A model generated the notes under the pieces. It was not told the origin of the DNA. It saw only the letters and a program-made list of their open reading frames with translations, and searched no databases. The translations under genes were made by a program, and so were the position numbers. From Massilicoli timonensis (GTDB taxonomy: Bacteria > Bacillota_I > Bacilli_A > Erysipelotrichales > Erysipelotrichaceae), in contig NZ_LT963434.1 of the NCBI RefSeq assembly GCF_900199515.1, positions 1,562,180 to 1,594,179 on the forward strand: a DNA stretch of 32,000 bases, read 5' to 3'. Shown here in pieces: positions 25,361-32,000 of the stretch (the stretch's first letter is position 1; each line of letters starts with the position of its first letter).

Positions 25361-26713
25361 ATGTTGTATAGAAAAATAGAGCATTCCATTAAAGCACATC
25401 TTAAATCAAGCAGCAGTAAGATACTGCTTGTAGAAGGTGCTCGACAAATAGGAAAAAGTTTTATCATCCGCAAGGTCGGTCAAGAACTATTTCAAAACTA
25501 CATTGAACTGAATATGGTTGAAGATAAAGAATATAATCACCTATTCGAACATGTCCATAGTACAGATGACTTTTACATAGCAGTAAGTTCTATTGCAGGA
25601 GATAAAATGGATCAAAAAGAAAATACGCTGATCTTTATCGACGAGATTCAAGAATATCCTCAATTATTGACATTACTTAAGTTTTTACGTGCAGAAGACA
25701 AATACACTTATATAGCAAGTGGTTCTCTTTTAGGCTTAGCACTTGCTGAAACAACTTCCATCCCGATCGGATCAATAGAAAGAAAAAGAATGTATCAACT
25801 TGATTTTGAAGAATTTTTAATAGCCAATGGAGTTGGATTTGATGTAATTGAAAATATGCAAAACCATTTTAGAAACAGAGTATCACTGAATGAAAACATC
25901 CATAATCATATTATGAGTTTATTCCGTCGTTATTTAATTGTCGGTGGAATGCCGGATTGTGTAAATGAATACTTGGCTTCAAGGAATGTAGCATTGATCA
26001 GGCAAATACAGACGGATATTATCCGCTATTATCGGGCAGACGCAAGTAAGCGAGATGAATTAAAGAAGCTAAAAATCAGACGTATTTATGACATGCTGCC
26101 TTCTACTATGCAAAGTACCAAAAAAAGGATTGTCGTAAAAGACATTGAGGGCATAAAAGGCAAACGCTATCATAACTATGCAGATGAGTTTGATTATTTA
26201 ATCAATAGCGGTATCGCCAATGATGTAAAAGCAATTTCGAACCCAACCTTTCCGCTTTGTCAGTCAGAAGATAAGAACTTATTAAAACTGTACATGAATG
26301 ATGTAGGATTGTTATCCTGTTTGCTATATCAGAATAATACTAAGCCAATTTTAGATGATGTGCGGTCGATCAATTTGGGTGCATTATATGAAACTGTGAT
26401 TGCAAGCGAATTGAAAGCCATTGGCTTTGAGCGTTTGTTTTATTACGATAATCGAAAAAATGGTGAAGTAGATTTCTTAATCGATGATTATGATACACTT
26501 TCTGTCTTGCCAATCGAGGTAAAAAGTGGAAGAGATTATCAAATACATCATGCTATTACAAAATTCGTGACCAATAAAGATTATCCGGTAAAAGAAGGCA
26601 TTGTATTATCTAATAACCGAGATGTCGTTATTTCTAATGATATCGTATATTTGCCAATTTACTATTGTATGTTTTTGAAAAATGAGGTGGAAAATGCAGA
26701 ACTGTTATTATGA
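25361..26713 (+). CDS. AAA ATPase (AAA_14-type) with a DUF4143 region and a C-terminal PD-(D/E)xK-like motif
   Basis: 450 aa. Walker A GARQIGKS, Walker B LIFIDEIQ. The C-terminus GEVDFLIDD...LPIEVKSG fits a D...ExK restriction-endonuclease-fold motif. Confidence 0.8.
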   Translation: MLYRKIEHSIKAHLKSSSSKILLVEGARQIGKSFIIRKVGQELFQNYIELNMVEDKEYNHLFEHVHSTDDFYIAVSSIAGDKMDQKENTLIFIDEIQEYPQLLTLLKFLRAEDKYTYIASGSLLGLALAETTSIPIGSIERKRMYQLDFEEFLIANGVGFDVIENMQNHFRNRVSLNENIHNHIMSLFRRYLIVGGMPDCVNEYLASRNVALIRQIQTDIIRYYRADASKRDELKKLKIRRIYDMLPSTMQSTKKRIVVKDIEGIKGKRYHNYADEFDYLINSGIANDVKAISNPTFPLCQSEDKNLLKLYMNDVGLLSCLLYQNNTKPILDDVRSINLGALYETVIASELKAIGFERLFYYDNRKNGEVDFLIDDYDTLSVLPIEVKSGRDYQIHHAITKFVTNKDYPVKEGIVLSNNRDVVISNDIVYLPIYYCMFLKNEVENAELLL

Positions 26714-26925
26714 TCGGTAAAGAGATTGACTTATGCGAAATTTCTATTTCGTAATAATAATCCAGTTTATTGTCTGCATAATTGCATAGATAAAATCGGA
26801 AGTATTTAAGCAAGGTATATTATTCTTTTATTGGAGAAATTACATAATTTATAGAGTAATTTGATTTATAACTACTATAAGTGTATGTTTGAGCTCTGTT
26901 TTCATAAAATCCATTACTTTGATGC

Positions 26926-26973
26926 AAAAAAGCATTCCTCAAATGCCGGTTTTGGCTTTAGGGGAATGCTTTT
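26926..26973 (-). terminator. Intrinsic terminator of the minus-strand fnlB-fnlC operon (weakly bidirectional)
   Basis: Stem AAGCATTCC (26930-26938) / GGAATGCTT (26963-26971). The minus strand reads hairpin then TTTTTT; the plus strand has only TTTT. It lies about 100 nt past the fnlC stop. Confidence 0.6.
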
Positions 26974-27074
26974 GATCATTAGTATTTCATGGGAATAAAA
27001 TCTATGTGAATTGTTTGAAATTCTATTACTTTCAAATAATATATTTCTCGTATTGTAAAATGCAAATAAGCATT

Positions 27075-28211
27075 CTATTTTCTCCACACCATCTTGTTTA
27101 CAACACCGGTATAAGACTGTATCAGTTTTACTACCTTATTGCTTACATCTTCCTCATATACCGGTACCGGTATTCCATTGTCTCCATTCTCATTCATCGC
27201 AACTGCTAATTCTACTGCCTGTTCTACTCCCCCTTCATTGATCCCTGCTAATACAAAACATCCCTTGTCCAATGCTTCCGGCCGCTCTGTGCTTGTCCTT
27301 ATACAGATAGCCGGAAATGATTCTCCTATTGATGTAAAGTATGATGATTCTTCCGGTAATGTCCCACTATCGCTTACCACCGCATATGCGTTCATCTGGA
27401 GATGATTATAATCATGAAAGCCTAACGGCTCATGCAACCTGACTCTCTCATCTAATTTGAAATCTCTCGCCTCCAAATATTTCTTGCTTCTTGGATGACA
27501 AGAATAAAGTATCGGCATATCATATCTCTCTGCCAGATGATTGATCGATGTAAACAGTTCCATAAAGTTCTTCTCTGTATCGATATTCTCTTCCCGATGT
27601 GCGCTTAACAAGATATAGTTCCCTTTCGTCAGCCCTAATCTTTCCAATACATCAGAAGATCGTATCGCTTCTATATTGGCACGCAGCACCTCTGCCATCG
27701 GTGATCCCGTTACATAGGTTCTTTCCTTCGCTGTTCCTTCCGCATTCAGATATCGTCTCGCATGCTCGCTGTAACATAAATTCACATCGGCAATATGATC
27801 CACGATCCGTCTGTTTGTTTCTTCCGGCAGACATTCATCAAAGCATCTATTTCCTGCTTCCATATGGAAGATCGGAATATGCAGCCTCTTGGCGCTGATC
27901 GCACTTAAGCAGCTATTCGTATCTCCTAATATCAATAGCGCATCCGGCTTTACTTCACTCATCAACCGATAGCTTTTCGCAATGATATTCCCGATCGTCT
28001 CGCCTAGGTCCTGTCCCACTGCATCCAGATAATGATCCGGCGCTCTTAATCCCAGATCATCAAAGAATACTTGATTCAAGCTATAATCATAGTTCTGTCC
28101 TGTATGGACCAGTATCTGATCAAAATAACGATCACATTTCTTGATCACCTCTGAAAGACGGATGATTTCCGGTCTAGTGCCTATGATGGTCATCAGTTTT
28201 AATTTTCTCAT
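27075..28211 (-). CDS. fnlC: UDP-2-acetamido-2,6-dideoxy-L-talose 2-epimerase / non-hydrolysing UDP-HexNAc 2-epimerase (CapG/FnlC type)
   Basis: MRKLKLMTIIGTRPEIIRLS...ILVHTGQNYDYSLNQVFFDDLGLRAPDHYL...LILGDTNSCL...FHMEAGNRCFD is near-colinear with S. aureus Cap5G. ATG 28211 follows GAGGAGG and sits 1 nt after the fnlB stop. The ORF-track extension to 28262 was rejected. Confidence 0.88.
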   Translation of the reverse strand: MRKLKLMTIIGTRPEIIRLSEVIKKCDRYFDQILVHTGQNYDYSLNQVFFDDLGLRAPDHYLDAVGQDLGETIGNIIAKSYRLMSEVKPDALLILGDTNSCLSAISAKRLHIPIFHMEAGNRCFDECLPEETNRRIVDHIADVNLCYSEHARRYLNAEGTAKERTYVTGSPMAEVLRANIEAIRSSDVLERLGLTKGNYILLSAHREENIDTEKNFMELFTSINHLAERYDMPILYSCHPRSKKYLEARDFKLDERVRLHEPLGFHDYNHLQMNAYAVVSDSGTLPEESSYFTSIGESFPAICIRTSTERPEALDKGCFVLAGINEGGVEQAVELAVAMNENGDNGIPVPVYEEDVSNKVVKLIQSYTGVVNKMVWRK

Positions 28212-28212
28212 G

Positions 28213-29373
28213 TCAGACCTCCTCAAAATAAGTATCGGGATGATTTGGGTCAAAGGCTTCATTTGCCCACATCACCGTTACCAGTTCTTCTGTTTCCGAT
28301 AAATTGATGATGTTATGCGTATATCCCGGCAACATGTGTACTGCCTCGATCTTGTCCCCGCTTACTTCAAATTCTATTACTTCATCTGTCCCGATCTTTC
28401 TTTCCTGTATCAATCCGTGTCCGCTTACTACGATAAAAAACTCCCACTTGCTCTGATGCCAGTGCTCTCCTTTGGTGATCCCCGGCTTCGATATGTTCAC
28501 TGATATTTGTCCGCACTTTTCTGTCTTCAATAATTCCGTAAAGCTCCCTCTCTCATCTACCTTCATCTTCAATGGAAACTTGGTCTTTCCCTTAGGCAGA
28601 TATGACAAGTAAGTAGAATATAATTTCTTCTCGAAACTGTCATTCGCTATCTCAGGCATCATAAGCGTCTGCGGCTGTTCCTTAAACCGATGTAATAGAT
28701 CTGCGATCTCTCCTAACGTCACATGATAGGTTGTCGGTACATAACAATACTTGCCTTCTCGATGCTCCTTATTTTCCAATGCATCTAACAGCTCTGCTAT
28801 GACATCATCTATATAGAGCAGTTCTAATTCCGTATTTCTGTCATTTACTTGGATCGGCAGATCATGTGCGATATTATGACAAAACGTTGCCACTGCACTG
28901 TTGTAATTCGCTCTGCACCATTTCCCAAATAGATTAGGGTAACGATATACCAATACCTTGCTTCCGCTCTCCTTCGCATAAGCAAACATCAGTTCTTCTC
29001 CCGCCAGTTTGCTTTTCCCATATTCGCTCCCTGCATATCTTCCTTCTAATGTTGCCTGGATAGAGGAAGAAAGCATGATAGGACATGTATTCCCGTATTT
29101 CTTCAATAATGATAATAGTTCGGAAGTAAAACCGAAATTTCCTTTCATGAATTCATCATTCTCTTTCGGACGATTCACCCCTGCCAGATGAAAGATGAAA
29201 TCACAATCCTTACAATAGGTATCCAGTTCTTCTAAAGTAGAATCCATATCGTATTCATAAATGGCATCGATCTGCACGCTCCTTGTTTTATCTTTCCCAT
29301 CTCTGATATTCTTTAAGGTTTCCACCAGATTTCTTCCTACGAATCCTTTTGCTCCTGTGATCAATATGTTCAT
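28213..29373 (-). CDS. fnlB: CapF/FnlB-type bifunctional SDR reductase with a C-terminal cupin (L-FucNAc/L-6-deoxy-HexNAc pathway)
   Basis: MNILITGAKGFVGRNL...HLAGVNRP...YPNLFGKWCRANYNSAVATFCHNIA...LYSTYLSYLP...DERGSFTE...SVNISKPGITKGEHWH...MWANEAFDPNHPDTYF matches S. aureus Cap5F throughout. ATG 29373 lies after GGAGG. Confidence 0.88.
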   Translation of the reverse strand: MNILITGAKGFVGRNLVETLKNIRDGKDKTRSVQIDAIYEYDMDSTLEELDTYCKDCDFIFHLAGVNRPKENDEFMKGNFGFTSELLSLLKKYGNTCPIMLSSSIQATLEGRYAGSEYGKSKLAGEELMFAYAKESGSKVLVYRYPNLFGKWCRANYNSAVATFCHNIAHDLPIQVNDRNTELELLYIDDVIAELLDALENKEHREGKYCYVPTTYHVTLGEIADLLHRFKEQPQTLMMPEIANDSFEKKLYSTYLSYLPKGKTKFPLKMKVDERGSFTELLKTEKCGQISVNISKPGITKGEHWHQSKWEFFIVVSGHGLIQERKIGTDEVIEFEVSGDKIEAVHMLPGYTHNIINLSETEELVTVMWANEAFDPNHPDTYFEEV

Positions 29374-29488
29374 AAGACCTCCACTAATATATATTATTTC
29401 AATAAAATCATTACTAATATAAAAACTATGTTTATGCAATATTAAGATATATTAATTTGAAACTGACTAGATCATTCAACTAATGTAT

Positions 29489-31012
29489 TTACTTTTTTAT
29501 TAAGAGCATTCTTCCTCGCTTTACTAAATATGATAATTCTTTTCTAGCAAAAATAAGACTAATAAAGATTGCGACTGAAGAATTGATTAGTGTCAGTATA
29601 AATCCAGTTGTTATAAATTCTATTACACCTGAAATTTCTACAAAAAAATTTGTTTCAAGATAGCAACAAATAAACCCGCTGATAAGAAAGGGTACCAACA
29701 GTCTGATAAGTTCGTTAATTTTGTTTTCAAAAAAAACTGCGTGAACATACCATATTTCTAAAAATGCTAATAAAATTGAAACAATTAAAACAGCCCAAAG
29801 AAGTCCATAGATGCCAAAATTTATACCACCAATCATCATTAGTATAAGTAAGACGACACATGAAATAATTTGAATATTTTTTGCTATCTTAAACTTACCT
29901 GCCATATTAATGAGATGTCCACTAGGAATATGGATTAATTCAAAAACAGCAATTAATACCATTAAAAACGCTATCCAAAAGTCATAATATGTAGCATCGG
30001 AAATGCCTTCTGTATAAATAGAGATGAATGGTAGGATAAGGATGTAAGCTGTACATAATGTTACAAAGATTGAAATAAATACAATATATTCATATTGAGC
30101 AAAAATAAACCAGACATTTTCTTTCTTCTCTTCTGTTAGTAATTGTCCTATTCCCAGTCTAGGCGCATCAATAATTCCTCTTAATATACTTTTTATCATA
30201 TTAAAAATATTATTATAAACTGCGTAAACACTGGCTAACACAGTCCCACCAGTTGTTGACATTGATATGAACACAATCGGCAAGGAGTTGTAAATCACTC
30301 CAGTAATTTTTTGTGCCATAACATCTTTTGTGCCACTGATGTTTATATTTTCATATGAAACATTTAGATTAATAAACTTATTTTTCTTCTTAACATAGTT
30401 GCCTATAAGAATGCTGTTTATTAATGCAAATAACATCGTAATTGCTCTTACCAGCCATATAGGGCCATTACATATAATAAGCAAAATGTTCCCTAAATGC
30501 CCTAATCCAATTGTGCTCATAGTGATGATATTGATAACATATTCTTTTTGCTGTGTTTGCAATAGTACACGATATGTCGTTGCATAATATAAATTAAATG
30601 CTGCGGGCACAATAGTCATGATAATAACACTAAATATAAGTTCGTTACTTAGCCTGCTATTAATCATAAAAGTATATATAATTGAAATGACAATTCCACA
30701 TATCAGAAATAGCCATCCGATACTCTCGAACTTCTTTTTCGTCAAAGCCAGTATTGAATTTACTATAGTGTAATCTTTTTTTGTTAATGGATAAAATAGA
30801 GTTACATTTGATGCTAATGTAAATCCCCCTTCCACAATCAGTAGAACATTAACAATTTGATTTGCAGTAGAATTTAATCCATTAAAATCTGAACCATATG
30901 TGTTGATTATCATTTTTGTAACAACGATTCCTAAGACTCCATTTACTAGCGTTAATAACACTGCAGAGAGTGCGTTAAAAATACTATATTTATTTCTGTT
31001 TGACTTTTGCAT
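29489..31012 (-). CDS. Second oligosaccharide flippase (MOP/Wzx-like)
   Basis: 507 aa, more than 12 hydrophobic helices, very AT-rich. It overlaps the upstream membrane-protein gene by 23 nt. Confidence 0.65.
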   Translation of the reverse strand: MQKSNRNKYSIFNALSAVLLTLVNGVLGIVVTKMIINTYGSDFNGLNSTANQIVNVLLIVEGGFTLASNVTLFYPLTKKDYTIVNSILALTKKKFESIGWLFLICGIVISIIYTFMINSRLSNELIFSVIIMTIVPAAFNLYYATTYRVLLQTQQKEYVINIITMSTIGLGHLGNILLIICNGPIWLVRAITMLFALINSILIGNYVKKKNKFINLNVSYENINISGTKDVMAQKITGVIYNSLPIVFISMSTTGGTVLASVYAVYNNIFNMIKSILRGIIDAPRLGIGQLLTEEKKENVWFIFAQYEYIVFISIFVTLCTAYILILPFISIYTEGISDATYYDFWIAFLMVLIAVFELIHIPSGHLINMAGKFKIAKNIQIISCVVLLILMMIGGINFGIYGLLWAVLIVSILLAFLEIWYVHAVFFENKINELIRLLVPFLISGFICCYLETNFFVEISGVIEFITTGFILTLINSSVAIFISLIFARKELSYLVKRGRMLLIKK

Positions 31013-32000
31013 AAATTGACTTACTCCATTTATATATTTTAGTATTCGCTTTTGTTGCTCTCCACAAAATAAGTGTTACAAAAAAAGCAAACATTGTATA
31101 TGGTGTCTGAAATAACTGATTATTACAAGGTATAAAAAACACTGCTAGTGAAAGGAGACAAACCAATGTAATCGCAAACGGATTATCGGTTTCAAGAACA
31201 TCTTTATATGCCATGGCGAATAAATAAGCGAATGCAAATATTATAATTCCGACCCCTAAGAAGCTGACATCATTTGCAATCCAACTATAGGCACTGTGCC
31301 ATCGTATATCAGGATCCCATCCAAACTCTTGCAACCTCGATTGATATGAGTTTAGTAAAAAATCATCAGTAATATATTTTGAAAAAAACTTTTGCAAATA
31401 CATGCTACTTCCAATCCCAAAAGTAGGAATCCATTTAATCCTCAAGCATAGCGACATTCCATAGTATCCTTGAGTTAAATAAGCAGCGCCTGCTACCAAA
31501 AGCATGTACAAGCTTTCTGGTACAATTTTGAAAAATATACTATCCTTATTTAAGGATATTCCGCCAATATTATAACTACTATCATTAAAGTACAATATTC
31601 CACCTCGGCTTTTCATTGTCATATCAAAAATGAAAGCAACTAGAATAAAACTTATTCCAACTATAACTAATATAATTTTCATTAACCTCTTTTTTTTAGA
31701 TCGATCCCAAATGAGCGATTTTTTATATAATTTCATAATGAAAATAATAATACTTGGAAAAATAATTCTAAATAACCCAATATTTGTTCCTGTGGACAAA
31801 TATGCTAATATACTAATTAAGATTGTAGATATAGTAATTACCTTGTATCTTTTTGTCAACTTCTTAAAATAGATAATGCTTAATAGAAGAACCAAAAAGG
31901 CGACGCATTCCCAAATCAAATTAAAAACTGTAAATAGATTTCCACCTAATAGATCCGCGCCTGAAACTTCTCCTATTGACTCCTGAAAAGTATTATAACT
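30990..32000 (-). CDS. Polytopic membrane protein, Wzy-like polymerase candidate (5-prime partial, runs off the window)
   Basis: The ORF-track start at 31919 is a TTG. I translated the frame upstream (…SYNTFQESIGEVSGADLLGGNLFTVFN-LIWECV…) and found no stop up to position 32000, so the gene is truncated by the window edge. It has multiple TM helices and one larger loop (DPDIRWHSAYSW). Confidence 0.5.
   Translation of the reverse strand, partial: SYNTFQESIGEVSGADLLGGNLFTVFNLIWECVAFLVLLLSIIYFKKLTKRYKVITISTILISILAYLSTGTNIGLFRIIFPSIIIFIMKLYKKSLIWDRSKKKRLMKIILVIVGISFILVAFIFDMTMKSRGGILYFNDSSYNIGGISLNKDSIFFKIVPESLYMLLVAGAAYLTQGYYGMSLCLRIKWIPTFGIGSSMYLQKFFSKYITDDFLLNSYQSRLQEFGWDPDIRWHSAYSWIANDVSFLGVGIIIFAFAYLFAMAYKDVLETDNPFAITLVCLLSLAVFFIPCNNQLFQTPYTMFAFFVTLILWRATKANTKIYKWSKSIYAKVKQK

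Noticed and set aside
27006-27209. A 67-aa plus-strand ORF at the islet/fnlC boundary.
   Set aside because: It overlaps the 3-prime end of fnlC on the opposite strand, gives a low-complexity AT-rich translation, and has no SD.
1-32000. Search for CRISPR arrays, tRNA/rRNA genes, IS elements, integrases, prophage genes and toxin-antitoxin pairs.
   Set aside because: No repeat-spacer periodicity, no cloverleaf-like or rRNA-like segments and no transposase or recombinase motifs were seen in any listed ORF. This was visual inspection only; tRNAscan, ISfinder or Rfam searches could still reveal small elements.

Overview
The window looks like a low-GC Firmicutes chromosome. The RNA polymerase delta subunit (rpoE), the Spo0A-type domain and the strong GGAGG ribosome-binding sites suggest Bacilli or Erysipelotrichia-like. 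All assignments come from reading the supplied ORF translations and the DNA by eye against remembered family motifs; no BLAST, HMM or folding was run.

Layout:
- 1-6.3 kb, housekeeping genes: miaA, a class A PBP, a DUF1934 protein, rpoE, fba and galU. An odd ~480-bp non-coding gap at 4975-5453 holds a homopolymer-stutter block (G18-T-A14-T5..., plus G11).
- 6.4-24.2 kb, a plus-strand Wzx/Wzy-type polysaccharide locus. It starts with a CapD/PglF-like dehydratase. A promoter and long leader then precede a NusG paralog (LoaP-like) and a terminator-like hairpin, followed by 14 tightly packed genes. These are a PglE-like aminotransferase, a PglC-like priming transferase, and a WbpA/WbpB/WbpE-like 2,3-diamino-uronic acid set. 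That set carries two LpxD-type acyltransferases and a deacetylase-like protein, followed by four glycosyltransferases, an EpsG-type polymerase and a flippase.
- 24.2-27.0 kb, an AT-rich islet. It holds a receiver-less Spo0A DNA-binding-domain protein, and an AAA ATPase/DUF4143 protein with a PD-(D/E)xK-like tail that sits behind a 3 x 33-bp tandem repeat.
- 27.1-32.0 kb, a second, convergent minus-strand polysaccharide locus: a Wzy-like gene open at the window edge, a flippase, and CapF/FnlB and CapG/FnlC.

Best leads:
- the NusG-paralog/terminator gate;
- the double LpxD-type di-N-acyl sugar module in a delta-subunit-bearing Firmicute (probably monoderm);
- the orphan Spo0A effector domain between two capsule loci;
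- the repeat-fronted ATPase-nuclease gene.

No tRNA, rRNA, CRISPR array, transposase or integrase was recognised.
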